Of a DNA stretch of 64,000 bases, positions 8,173-18,027 are shown piece after piece; the stretch's first letter is position 1; the number at the start of each line of letters is the position of its first letter. Below the pieces are notes generated by a model, which was not told the origin of the DNA, ran no database searches, and saw only the letters and a program-made list of their open reading frames with translations. Source of the DNA: a virus. Lineage: Duplodnaviria > Caudoviricetes. The DNA is taken from IMG/VR virus record IMGVR_UViG_3300037400_001134, positions 11,059 through 75,058 of that record; one strand, given 5' to 3'. The position numbers were made by a program, and so were the translations under genes.

Positions 8173-9972
8173 ATGAGCTTATGGGATAAATTGAAAGGAG
8201 TATGGTATAAGATGACTGGCAGGGAGGTAGTAGAGAAAATATTATCAGTTAAGCCCGCTATATCCGCAGATATGCAGAATAATATAATGCTGTGGTCGGA
8301 TATGTATGAGGGTAGAGCCCCATGGCTAAAAGAGCCAGATTTAGCTAACGGAGAGTATGAAAGAGTTGTATCACTTGGACTTCCTGCTCTTATCGCTAGT
8401 GAAAAAGCTAGAATGGCTACACTTGAAATGGAGAGTGAAATTACTCCTCCAATGAAAGATGTAGAGAAAGAGAATCCAGATTATCAGCCACCTGGTATTG
8501 ATGCAGAGGGTAACCCTACAATGGGACAGGGTGCTATGACTATTACAGAGCCTGAGCCAGATGGTCCTACAGAAAGGGCTAATTTTTTAAATGATACTTA
8601 CCAGAAGAAGCTGATTAAACATATTCGTAGACAGGTTGAATATGGTATAGCTAAAGGTGGACTTATTATTAAACCTTATGTGTTGCAGTATGACGAAGGC
8701 TCACCTACAATAGAGGATGAGACAAAAGAGGAGAGCGAAAGACTTTCATCAGAGAAGCCTTTGCCTAAATACGAAGTAGAATATGACTTTGTACAGGCAG
8801 ACAGATTCTACCCTCTATCTTTCGATAACAATGGAAAGATTACAGAAGCTGCCTTTATGCAGACAAAAGTTGATAACGATAAGATTTACACACGAATAGA
8901 GCATCATAAGCTAGAAGGCAGAACAATCACAATAAAGAACTATGCTTTTGTGAACACAAACAACTCTAATTTAAGAGGTATATTGAGAGATGTAAACAAT
9001 ATAGGAAAGCCTTGTAACTTATCAGAAGTTCCAGAATGGGCTAATATTCAGGAAGAAGTCCAGATAAAGAATGTAGACAGACTTTTGTTTGGATATTTCA
9101 AAATGCCTGAAGCTAACACTATCGACCCATATTCACCACTTGGTGTATCAGCATACAGTAGGGTTGTATCACTTATAAGGGATGCAGATGAACAGTATTC
9201 AAGACTTTTATGGGAGTTTGAAGGTGGTGAACTTGCTATTGATGTAGACCGTGATGCTATGAAGATACAGGAGTACCAGAATGGACAGCATCAGACAAGA
9301 CTTCCAGCTAAACAGGAAAGATTGTTCAGAAAGGTTGACTTAAATAGTGAGGAAACTTATGAAGTATTCTCACCAGCATTAAGAGATGAGTCTATAGCAC
9401 ATGGTCTTGACTTGATACTTACAAGAATAGAGGATGTTGTAGGATTCAGTAGAGGTACAATATCAGAAGATACTGATGTTGCAATAAAGACTGCTACAGA
9501 GCTTAAAATCAACAAACAGAGAAGTTATTCAGCTAATAGAGATATCCAGCTTGCATTGGAAGACGCCTTAAGAGATGCAGTCTACGCAACTGATGTACTT
9601 TGCACACTATATCAGATTACTCCTTCTGGCGAGTACCAAATGTCATTTGAATGGGATGATTCCATTATAGTAGATATGGACACAGAGCTTGAAAAAAGAA
9701 TGTCCATGATAAATGCAGGTATTACATCTAAACTTGAAACAAGGATGTGGTACTTTGGCGAGACTGAAAATCAGGCTAAAGCCGCATTACAAAAAGTTGA
9801 TGATGAGAAAAAGCATAGCATGGAAACAAACATTCAGGCACAGGCTCAACTTGGAGATATGGCTCAAGGTAAAGACTTTTCTGGAGACAACAATAATCCT
9901 GAAGGTAAGTTGAAACAGAAAACTTTTAATTCTGCTGAACAGACAGCGGCAAGTAAAGGAGGTCAAAAATGA
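8173..9972 (+). CDS. portal protein (A118/SPP1-like)
   Basis: Follows TerL; 599 aa; PLGVSAYSR...LLWEFEGG and FEWDDSI motifs; acidic insertions. Confidence 0.85.
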   Translation: MSLWDKLKGVWYKMTGREVVEKILSVKPAISADMQNNIMLWSDMYEGRAPWLKEPDLANGEYERVVSLGLPALIASEKARMATLEMESEITPPMKDVEKENPDYQPPGIDAEGNPTMGQGAMTITEPEPDGPTERANFLNDTYQKKLIKHIRRQVEYGIAKGGLIIKPYVLQYDEGSPTIEDETKEESERLSSEKPLPKYEVEYDFVQADRFYPLSFDNNGKITEAAFMQTKVDNDKIYTRIEHHKLEGRTITIKNYAFVNTNNSNLRGILRDVNNIGKPCNLSEVPEWANIQEEVQIKNVDRLLFGYFKMPEANTIDPYSPLGVSAYSRVVSLIRDADEQYSRLLWEFEGGELAIDVDRDAMKIQEYQNGQHQTRLPAKQERLFRKVDLNSEETYEVFSPALRDESIAHGLDLILTRIEDVVGFSRGTISEDTDVAIKTATELKINKQRSYSANRDIQLALEDALRDAVYATDVLCTLYQITPSGEYQMSFEWDDSIIVDMDTELEKRMSMINAGITSKLETRMWYFGETENQAKAALQKVDDEKKHSMETNIQAQAQLGDMAQGKDFSGDNNNPEGKLKQKTFNSAEQTAASKGGQK

Positions 9973-10175
9973 TAAGAGTCCTTAGTGTAGATTATTTAGA
10001 TGAAGGAAAGAAACAGGCTAAAGTATTCATGGAGGCAGATACTAAAGCAGAGGTTACAGATGGAGCTGAGTTTATAGGTATGCCTAAAGGCTATACTCCT
10101 GCCCCATTTAGTAGAATTTTTACTGCTTCAAAAGAACTAGCAATCATGCAGTCCGATGGCACATGGGTATGGTAA
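9969..10175 (+). CDS. small hypothetical protein (68 aa)
   Basis: ATGA overlap with the portal gene; ends QSDGTWVW. Confidence 0.7.
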   Translation: MIRVLSVDYLDEGKKQAKVFMEADTKAEVTDGAEFIGMPKGYTPAPFSRIFTASKELAIMQSDGTWVW

Positions 10176-10184
10176 AGGAGGAGT

Positions 10185-12038
10185 ATGATGAGTAAAATTG
10201 ACATGAGCGCCGTATCTATGGCATATGGTATGTCACAAAAGAGTGCTGAAAATTTAGTTAGGGGTGCTGGAGCTATACAGGGTAAATCTGCTTACACTAT
10301 TGCCGTTGAAAATGGATTCAGCGGCACTGAAACAGAGTGGCTAGCCTCCCTTAAAGGCGAAAAGGGAGATAAAGGAGATGCTGGCACAAATGGTACAGCC
10401 GGCTCAATGACTGATTTTGAGAAGTTTTGTGAAAATATGCACCTGGATTATGCCTATGATGCTGATACAAATGCAAATTATACTGTAATGAGAATATATA
10501 AGACTAAAACAGATGGCTCTAAGCAATATCCATTCGTAAGAACTTTAGACCAAAATCTTTCCGCATTAGAGTTATCTGAAAATGAAGATTGGTTCGTTAT
10601 TATAAATGCTGGGCTCGGTGTACCTGGTGGAGCAAGATACGATGGAGTGGTCATAGAGAATGGAAATATCATCAACAATGAGCCAGCAGTATATCATGCA
10701 GGAGCGCAACCCTTAACAATAGATGCTAATGGGGATTTGAACTATGCAGAGGCAGACACAAAAGGTCATGAGTTTTTAGAAGATGGTATAGTATCTGTGA
10801 CATGTGGTTTTTGCCCAATCATAATAAATTATACTCCAGTATCAAGTTTTCCAAGTGTTTCAAATGTATCACATTTTGGTCAAAACGCTCAAAGACAGAT
10901 AATCGGACAATTTGGAAATGGTGACTATGCAATCATTACTTGTGAAGGCAGAAATTTTGACCATTCAGATGGGTGGACTTTGGCAGAAGCTCAGACTATA
11001 TGCCAAAAGTTAGGGCTTAAATTTGCTTACAATCTTGATGGCGGTGGTAGTACAGAAACAGTTCTTGGTAAGAAACAATTAAATTCAATCTATGAAAATG
11101 CAAAAGGACGAAAAATTGCATCATTTATTGTGTTCAATGGTAAGACTACTATGGATATAACACCAGTTGCTAAAAAACTTGTCGGATTATCTGCTACTAA
11201 AGTTATTACCAACTATGAGATTGGTGATAGCTTTGATACCACTGATATTGTAGTAAACGCTGTTTATTCGGATGGAACTACAGAGGATGTAACTTCAAAT
11301 GCGACTATTGATACCAACAATATCAATATGAACGCAGAGGGTCAATATCTGATAACAATTAGCTATACACAATCTGGCAAAGTAGTTTCTACAAGTATAT
11401 CCATTAGTGTTATAGGTACTGAACCTGATACTCCAAGTGTTCTGCCGGAAGGATATACTCAGCTCAAATATGTTTCAGCAAATGGTAATCAGTATGTAAA
11501 TACTGAGGTTAATGAAACTCAAAGTGTTCACGCAAAATATGAAGTAAGTATATCAGATATGCCAGCAGCCAATGGTAATCACATACTATCTAGTGCCAAT
11601 ACATTCTTCCCATTCTTAAAAGCAAACTACGGTAATGCAGATGTACATATACTCGGTACAAAGTTAAAGGGTGGAGAATCTATTACAGATGGAAGTATGT
11701 CATATGATTGGCAATTTAACACAAAATATTTAATTGAAGGATATATTGATGGAAAAATCTTCATCAATGACATACAATGTGCAACAGTAGGTGCGGCTAA
11801 TTACGCATCAGCATCAAATATGTTATATCTATTTGCATATGGTGGTAATGTAGGCAATGGCACATATCGTTTTCATGGAAATCTATATAGTTGTAAGATA
11901 TATAATATGGATGACCAACTTATACGAGATTTTGTTCCATGTGTTAATGGAAATGGTGTTGCTGGACTGTATGACCTTGTAAGTCAAAAATTCTATCATA
12001 GCGACTCAGGCACAGAATTGATTGCTGGCACAACTTGA
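10185..12038 (+). CDS. multidomain protein: collagen-like linker, phosphodiester glycosidase (NAGPA-like), Ig-like domain, C-terminal beta-sandwich
   Basis: GKSAY...EWLASLKGEKGDKGD; QRQIIG...ITCEGR...AYNLDGGGST; YEIGDSFDTTDIVVNAVYSDGTTEDVT; RDFVPC...GLYDLVSQKFY. Confidence 0.8.
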   Translation: MMSKIDMSAVSMAYGMSQKSAENLVRGAGAIQGKSAYTIAVENGFSGTETEWLASLKGEKGDKGDAGTNGTAGSMTDFEKFCENMHLDYAYDADTNANYTVMRIYKTKTDGSKQYPFVRTLDQNLSALELSENEDWFVIINAGLGVPGGARYDGVVIENGNIINNEPAVYHAGAQPLTIDANGDLNYAEADTKGHEFLEDGIVSVTCGFCPIIINYTPVSSFPSVSNVSHFGQNAQRQIIGQFGNGDYAIITCEGRNFDHSDGWTLAEAQTICQKLGLKFAYNLDGGGSTETVLGKKQLNSIYENAKGRKIASFIVFNGKTTMDITPVAKKLVGLSATKVITNYEIGDSFDTTDIVVNAVYSDGTTEDVTSNATIDTNNINMNAEGQYLITISYTQSGKVVSTSISISVIGTEPDTPSVLPEGYTQLKYVSANGNQYVNTEVNETQSVHAKYEVSISDMPAANGNHILSSANTFFPFLKANYGNADVHILGTKLKGGESITDGSMSYDWQFNTKYLIEGYIDGKIFINDIQCATVGAANYASASNMLYLFAYGGNVGNGTYRFHGNLYSCKIYNMDDQLIRDFVPCVNGNGVAGLYDLVSQKFYHSDSGTELIAGTT

Positions 12039-12070
12039 CATAATATTATTAAAAATATGCCTACATTCTG

Positions 12071-12099
12071 TTTACAGTAGCGAAAATATGTTCTATAAT
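12071..12099 (+). promoter_or_regulatory. promoter for scaffold/capsid operon
   Basis: TTTACA-17-TATAAT. Confidence 0.75.
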
Positions 12100-12312
12100 G
12101 ATTTTGGGTGAGATGTTGATTTTGTCAATTCTGCCCTCCTACTGCCCACAGTAGTACACCCCGTTCTATTGTGGGCGCTAGATAATAACTCGATATGAGA
12201 TTATTATAAATAAGTCTTGTAGTCGGACATTTAAACGGCTACACATTCCAGTGTAGAAAGTGACTACACATTTAAACAATAAACTGATATAAGAATGTAG
12301 AAGGAGAAAAGT

Positions 12313-12984
12313 ATGTTACTAAAAGAAATTTTTGACAAGGCTACTTCCGAGAACAAGTCTTTAACTTGGGAGGAGTTTGAAGCACTTGCGAAAGAAAACA
12401 AGGCAAAGTTTACTGACTTATCAGAAGGTAAGTATGTAGACAGACAGAAGTATGAGGATGACCTTGCAAAGAAGGACACAGAGATTACCACTCTGAATGA
12501 CACAATCACAACTAGAAACAATGATTTAGAATCATTGAAGGTCAAATTAGCTGATGCAGGTAATGATGCAGGGAAGTTGGAAGAACTCAACAGTAATCTA
12601 ACTGCTCTACAGGCCAAATATGATGCTGACACCGCAGCATTACAGACCAAGTTATCAGCACAGGCATATGAATTTGCGGTTCGTGATTTTGCCGGTAAAC
12701 AGAAATTCTCTAGTGAAGCCGCTAAACGTGATTTCACACACTCTATGATAAAGAAAAATCTTCCTATGGAAGATGGTGTAATAATGGGAGCAGATGATTA
12801 TATGAAAGTATATGCTAAAGCAAATGCCGATGCATTTATTCAGAAAGATACTACTCCAAAGACACCTGCTCCAGAGTTTTCAGGACCAACACCTGGTGGA
12901 AAACAGACTGGTGCTAAAATGTCATTATCAGAGATGATGGCAAAGAAAAATGAAAATCCAGATTTTGTAATAAGTTTTGACTAA
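12313..12984 (+). CDS. capsid scaffolding protein
   Basis: Coiled coil with YVDRQKY motif and Pro/Gly tail; directly upstream of the MCP; SD GAAGGAG. Confidence 0.85.
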   Translation: MLLKEIFDKATSENKSLTWEEFEALAKENKAKFTDLSEGKYVDRQKYEDDLAKKDTEITTLNDTITTRNNDLESLKVKLADAGNDAGKLEELNSNLTALQAKYDADTAALQTKLSAQAYEFAVRDFAGKQKFSSEAAKRDFTHSMIKKNLPMEDGVIMGADDYMKVYAKANADAFIQKDTTPKTPAPEFSGPTPGGKQTGAKMSLSEMMAKKNENPDFVISFD

Positions 12985-13002
12985 CTGAAAGGAGATTAAA
13001 TT

Positions 13003-14070
13003 ATGCCATTTTTTGATGCGAAATTATTTAATGGTGAAGTATTTCAGAAATACGTAGACAGAATCCCAAATATGCACCTCAACACACTCATTAAGTCTGG
13101 TGCAATCGTTGGAAGACCTGAGCTTGCTGGCTCAATGTCAGACCAGGTTGGTGGAAACTACCTCACAACCCCATTGAAGGGTCTTATCGGTGGAACACCA
13201 CTTAACTATGATGGTGTAACAAACATCACATCAACTGGCACACAGACATACTCACACAGCAGAGTTGTTGTTGGTCGTGCTAAAGCATGGACAGAGAAGG
13301 ACTTCTCATACGATATCACAGGCGGAGTAGACTTCATGCAGAATGTTGCAGAGCAGGTCGCTGAATATTGGGATGAGCAGGACCAGGCACTTCTTATCAA
13401 GATTCTTGATGGTGTGTTCTCAATGACAGATGATGCAGGAGCAGAGTTTGTAGAGGAACATACACATGATGTATCTGGTGTAACAAATAGTGAGGGCGTT
13501 CTTGGATATATGGATGCTACAACACTTAACACTGGTATGCAGAAAGCTATGGGCGACCATAAGCAGAAGTTCAGCCTTACTCTTATGCATTCCGCAGTAG
13601 CTACACATCTTGAAAATCTCAAGGTACTTGTTTACCTTAAGTACAATGATGCAAATGGTATTGAGAGAGACCTCAATATTGCTACACTCAACGGACGTAT
13701 GGTAATCGTTGATGACGATATGCCTGTAATTACAGAAGGCACTGGCACATCAGCAGTTAAGAAGTATGTAACTTATGTCTTTGGACAGGGTGCAGTAGAG
13801 TACACAAACTGTGGTGCTAAAGTTCCTGCTGAAATGGCAAGAGACCCTTATAAGAATGGTGGTGAAGATACACTCATCACAAGAAACAGAAAGTGCTTTG
13901 CACCTTATGGTATCTCATTCAAGGGTATCGGTGATATCGCTACACTTTCTCCTACAGATGCCGAGCTTGCAACTGGCGCTAACTGGGAGATTGTTAATAC
14001 TGGTGGTACTAACAAGATTTATCTTCCTCACAAGGCTATTCCTATTGGAAGAATCATTTCTCTTGGTTGA
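13003..14070 (+). CDS. major capsid protein
   Basis: 355 aa after the scaffold; FNGEVFQKYVDRIPN, GRMVIVDDDMP, NWEIV...KAIPIGRIIS motifs. Confidence 0.9.
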   Translation: MPFFDAKLFNGEVFQKYVDRIPNMHLNTLIKSGAIVGRPELAGSMSDQVGGNYLTTPLKGLIGGTPLNYDGVTNITSTGTQTYSHSRVVVGRAKAWTEKDFSYDITGGVDFMQNVAEQVAEYWDEQDQALLIKILDGVFSMTDDAGAEFVEEHTHDVSGVTNSEGVLGYMDATTLNTGMQKAMGDHKQKFSLTLMHSAVATHLENLKVLVYLKYNDANGIERDLNIATLNGRMVIVDDDMPVITEGTGTSAVKKYVTYVFGQGAVEYTNCGAKVPAEMARDPYKNGGEDTLITRNRKCFAPYGISFKGIGDIATLSPTDAELATGANWEIVNTGGTNKIYLPHKAIPIGRIISLG

Positions 14071-14117
14071 TAGTTCCTCCTATCATACCATATAAATCAA
14101 GAAAGGCGGTAGAGTCT

Positions 14118-14564
14118 ATGTATCTAAATTATGATGAATATTCAGAATATGGTGGTACCTTAGATGAAACCGCCTTCAATGATTTAGAATTTGATGCAGA
14201 AGCTACAATAAACTGGTATACATTTAACAGATTGAAGAGACCTGAATGGGCATATGTTTTAGAGACTCAGGAACTTAAAAGATGTATGTACCAGCTTATC
14301 AGAATCAAGCGGATTGAGAATGAACTTTTAGCATCTAGTGTTGGAGGAGTTGGTCTTGATACAGCTTGGAAGAAAGAAGCTGGCATAACACAAGAAACAA
14401 ATGATGGTGTATCAGTAAGTTACAACACTATGAGTTCTGGTGATATTATGGCTTATGTCAACGGAGATAAGACAAAGCAAGATTTAATCAAAAAATATCT
14501 CGGTAGTATGGTCAACGATTTAGGTAGACAATTACTATATCGCGGAATCTATAGAGGGGAATAA
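14118..14564 (+). CDS. head-tail adaptor (start revised from 14067 to 14118)
   Basis: MYLNYDEYSEYGG...F...A...I..YTFNR; ETNDGVSVSY; LLYRG end. Confidence 0.8.
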   Translation: MYLNYDEYSEYGGTLDETAFNDLEFDAEATINWYTFNRLKRPEWAYVLETQELKRCMYQLIRIKRIENELLASSVGGVGLDTAWKKEAGITQETNDGVSVSYNTMSSGDIMAYVNGDKTKQDLIKKYLGSMVNDLGRQLLYRGIYRGE

Positions 14565-14566
14565 GT

Positions 14567-14917
14567 ATGATTGGATATATATTCTGTGCTGAAAACACAG
14601 TGACACACAAGAAATATATTGGTAAATATTTAAGTGTGAAGTTTGATAAGAAATTCATTGGTAACGATTCTGACGTCCTGGCTGACGCTGGAAAGTACGG
14701 TGCAGATAAGTTTATAGTTAATATGCTAAAGGCTTGTGAAACCGTTAAGGAATGCGATTATATGTATGATGAAATTGTTAAGCAGTTCCATGCTGAATCA
14801 GATGTTAACTACTATAATTGCAAGAAAGCTGTTAAATCAGTTGAAGTTACAGAAGATATTGAACAGGAAGATAAACCAAAGAAATCTCGTAAGAAGAAAG
14901 CGATTGTAGAGGAATGA
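14567..14917 (+). CDS. degenerate GIY-YIG-fold protein
   Basis: GYIF...KKYIG motif; the expected catalytic Arg and Glu are not evident; Lys-rich tail. Confidence 0.6.
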   Translation: MIGYIFCAENTVTHKKYIGKYLSVKFDKKFIGNDSDVLADAGKYGADKFIVNMLKACETVKECDYMYDEIVKQFHAESDVNYYNCKKAVKSVEVTEDIEQEDKPKKSRKKKAIVEE

Positions 14918-15360
14918 ATACATACGCATCATGGTGGGATGATACAGTAACTTTATACAATAAATATGTAGACCCTACTACAAAGAAGGTTAAGTGGTAT
15001 CGTCATGTTCTCAAGGATTGTTTCTATAAACATACACTTGAAAAAGTTACAGTAGGGAAAACTACTATTGATGCTAATTCATCTCTTTGCCGCATACGTG
15101 TTTCTGATGATTTTGTAGATAAGAAATCATGGATGAAACTTGATGAATCTGATAGAGCAGAGAAATTTACTTTATCAGGCGGCGATATAATCGTAGCGGA
15201 TGAAATTGAGTTTGAAATAGATGAGTATACACAGGGTAAAAGGTCATCCGATTTAATCAAAGAAAATAAAGATTGGCCTGGATGTTTCACTATTGAGATA
15301 GTAAATATCAATGTAGGTGGTGGAAGAGGTAATGAGCATTATCATGTAAGAGGTACATAA
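14914..15360 (+). CDS. head-closure/neck protein
   Basis: WWDDTVTLYNK...FTLSGGDIIV...HYHVRG; position in the neck block. Confidence 0.7.
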   Translation: MNTYASWWDDTVTLYNKYVDPTTKKVKWYRHVLKDCFYKHTLEKVTVGKTTIDANSSLCRIRVSDDFVDKKSWMKLDESDRAEKFTLSGGDIIVADEIEFEIDEYTQGKRSSDLIKENKDWPGCFTIEIVNINVGGGRGNEHYHVRGT

Positions 15361-15361
15361 T

Positions 15362-15757
15362 ATGGCAGTTGAACTTAAAATACGTGTACATACAGAAACT
15401 CTCGAAGCTAACCTCAAAAAACGAATTGAAGGATTTAAAAAAGAATTACTGTCTGATGACATAAAACGTCAGGCTGCAGATATATATAAAGATTGTATTG
15501 AGCCACTTGTACCTAAAGATGTAGGAAATTTAAGAGATACCGCTGAAATTTTAAAGTATAAAGGCACATATGGAGTATATTATCCTGTTAAATATGCAAA
15601 TGCACAATATAGAGGATATAACGGTAAAGGTGTTATACGAGATTACACTACTCCAGGTACAATAGACCATTGGAACCATCATATGTCAACAGCAGATAGA
15701 CAGGCATACTATGATTTAGTGAAAGAAATGATTTTAGAGAGGATGAATAATGGATAA
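15362..15757 (+). CDS. neck/tail-completion protein (minor capsid-type)
   Basis: VPKDVGNLR...YANAQY motif. Confidence 0.7.
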   Translation: MAVELKIRVHTETLEANLKKRIEGFKKELLSDDIKRQAADIYKDCIEPLVPKDVGNLRDTAEILKYKGTYGVYYPVKYANAQYRGYNGKGVIRDYTTPGTIDHWNHHMSTADRQAYYDLVKEMILERMNNG

Positions 15758-16229
15758 GAATGTAGCTATGATAAAATTTTTAATGCAATGTCCAACTATT
15801 CAAGAAAATCCTCTGTTTTTCAATTTTGCTGATGAAGAAGATGGTAACAATCATCTTATCACTGGCAGAGATTCTATAAAGAAGTCATATATTGACGGAA
15901 GTGTACTAAAACAGTATACTTTTACTATAGCCAGTTATTATTCGGTTTCTCATAATGCGATAATAAATGATGAAGATTTACCATATATCACAGATGAAAA
16001 CATTGAAAACATGGCTAAAATCCAAGAGATTTTAGATTGGATAGATGAGCAAGCTGATAATTACAATTTTCCCGATTTTGGTACAGAGTGTGTTGTGGAA
16101 GAAATGAAAACACTCACTACTGACCCAGACATTGATGGAATAGATACTTCTGTAAATCCTCCCATAGCAAGGTACTCAATCGGTGTAAAAGTGAGTTACC
16201 AAGATAATTCAAGAGTGATTTGGAAATAA
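15750..16229 (+). CDS. tail terminator protein
   Basis: Immediately before the tail tube gene; ARYSIGVKVSY C-terminus. Confidence 0.65.
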   Translation: MDKNVAMIKFLMQCPTIQENPLFFNFADEEDGNNHLITGRDSIKKSYIDGSVLKQYTFTIASYYSVSHNAIINDEDLPYITDENIENMAKIQEILDWIDEQADNYNFPDFGTECVVEEMKTLTTDPDIDGIDTSVNPPIARYSIGVKVSYQDNSRVIWK

Positions 16230-16244
16230 TGAAAGGAGAAAAAT

Positions 16245-16763
16245 ATGGCAGACAATTTCAACCTTAAGCCCGGTCAGAGAGCAGAAAGAAAAATGCTCAT
16301 CACTGTAGCCGAGTGGACAGAAGGAACCTCTACTGTAAGAGAGTTTCTTGGCACAAGAACAGAGGACTCATCTATTGAGTACAATTCAGAGGTAACAACA
16401 ACCACTGATATTCTTGGTCATAACTATACAGACCTTGAAAGAACTCAGCCTCAGCAGACATTTGATGAGTCACCTATCATTGGCGGAGATAAGCTCAAAG
16501 CTAAACTTAATGATATCAGAAGAAGAAATGCAATCTCTGAATTGCAGGGCTTCACAATCTATATCATTACAGCTTTCGTTGGAGATTCTACAAACGGTTA
16601 TGCCGCTGAAAAGCACGTTGATTGCTCAATCACATATGATTCAATCGGTGGTGATACAAAGGTTAACTTCCCTTATACCGTTCACTTCTCTAACAAGATT
16701 ACTACTGGAACAGTTGATGTTCTTTCAGAGGACTTCAAGTTCACAGCAGATGTAACTGTTTAA
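16245..16763 (+). CDS. major tail (tube) protein
   Basis: FLGTRTEDSSIEYN...TDILG...SIGGD...FPYTVHF; position. Confidence 0.85.
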   Translation: MADNFNLKPGQRAERKMLITVAEWTEGTSTVREFLGTRTEDSSIEYNSEVTTTTDILGHNYTDLERTQPQQTFDESPIIGGDKLKAKLNDIRRRNAISELQGFTIYIITAFVGDSTNGYAAEKHVDCSITYDSIGGDTKVNFPYTVHFSNKITTGTVDVLSEDFKFTADVTV

Positions 16764-16782
16764 AAATTAGGAGGGTAATAAA

Positions 16783-17415
16783 ATGGCAAAATCAACATCA
16801 AAACTCTTTAAAGAGGAAGAACCAAAACCAATGCAGGAAGACGCTATGAATCTTCCAGAAGAAGTAAATGAGATGTTACCACAGGAAACAATTCCTGCTG
16901 AACAGTCAGAAGTAGTTGATACTCCTGCACCATCAAATGATGATATTCAGGATATCGACCTTTCTGCTATCAAGAAAAAGAGATTCAGAATCAATGGCGA
17001 CCCTAATAAGATTCTTGAACTCAACACAAGTGATTTGAGCATTACATCTCGTCTTTCAAAATCTTACGAAAAACTTAACAAGTACATGGATGAAGTTGGT
17101 AAAGAACTTCAGGCAGTACCTGATAGTGGAGAAGAGGAGCTTTCAGAAGACCAGGAAAGACTTGTTGAGGAAAATCTCGCAAAGATTGATGCAAAGATGA
17201 GAGAGGAAATAGACTACATCTTTGATGCTCCTGTTAGTGAAGTATGTGCAGATGAGGGTTCAATGTATGACCCATTCAATGGAATGTTTAGATTTGAACA
17301 TATCATTGACGCCATCACAAAACTCTATGAGAACAACCTCAATAGTGAGTTTAACAAGATGAAGCGTAGAGTGTCAGCAAAGACCTCAAAGTATACAAAG
17401 CACTATCACAACTAA
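16783..17415 (+). CDS. tail assembly chaperone
   Basis: Acidic protein between tube and TMP; IDYIFDAPVSEV motif. Confidence 0.7.
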   Translation: MAKSTSKLFKEEEPKPMQEDAMNLPEEVNEMLPQETIPAEQSEVVDTPAPSNDDIQDIDLSAIKKKRFRINGDPNKILELNTSDLSITSRLSKSYEKLNKYMDEVGKELQAVPDSGEEELSEDQERLVEENLAKIDAKMREEIDYIFDAPVSEVCADEGSMYDPFNGMFRFEHIIDAITKLYENNLNSEFNKMKRRVSAKTSKYTKHYHN

Positions 17416-17436
17416 ACTGAATAAGGAGCTCCGTGT

Positions 17437-18024
17437 ATGTATGAATTACCTACGGAGATAATTATTGAAGGCATTCCGTATCGTATACGAAATCAAGGAG
17501 ATTTTCGCATGATATTGGATGCCTTTTCTGTTTTAGAGGATGAAGAACTTGACCAACAGGAAAGAATTATCTCTGCTTTAATGATATTTTATGATGACCT
17601 CAATGAGATTGAGGATGTATTTAATGATAAACACCTCGAAGAGAGAGTGAAACAGATGTACTGGTTCTTTAGAGGCGGTAAAGAAGAAGATTCTAGTAAT
17701 ACAAATGGGCAAAAACTTATAGATTGGGAGGGAGATAGTGCTATAATAATATCAGCGATAAATAATGTTGCCGGGAGAGAAGTTAGAGCTCCAGAGTATA
17801 CTCATTGGTGGACATTTCTAGCTTATTATATGGCAATAGGAGAAAGTACATTAGCTACAGTCGTTGGTATCAGAAATAAAATCGTTAAAGGTAAATCTCT
17901 TGAAAAGTGGGAGAAAGAATATAGACAGCACAATCCCCAATATTTCCACTGGAATCATAAGTCAATAGATGAGATAGAAGCTGAACAATGGCTAGCAAGT
18001 GTATGGAATAAAAGTAAGGAGTAA
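17437..18024 (+). CDS. A118 gp15-like tail assembly protein
   Basis: LPTEI...DFR...LIDWEGD...IISAIN...HWWTFLAYY. Confidence 0.85.
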   Translation: MYELPTEIIIEGIPYRIRNQGDFRMILDAFSVLEDEELDQQERIISALMIFYDDLNEIEDVFNDKHLEERVKQMYWFFRGGKEEDSSNTNGQKLIDWEGDSAIIISAINNVAGREVRAPEYTHWWTFLAYYMAIGESTLATVVGIRNKIVKGKSLEKWEKEYRQHNPQYFHWNHKSIDEIEAEQWLASVWNKSKE

Positions 18025-18027
18025 ACT

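Noticed and set aside
17380-17440. Programmed -1 frameshift between the tail chaperone genes
   Set aside because: No XXXYYYZ slippery heptamer near the stop, and the second gene has its own SD (AAGGAG).
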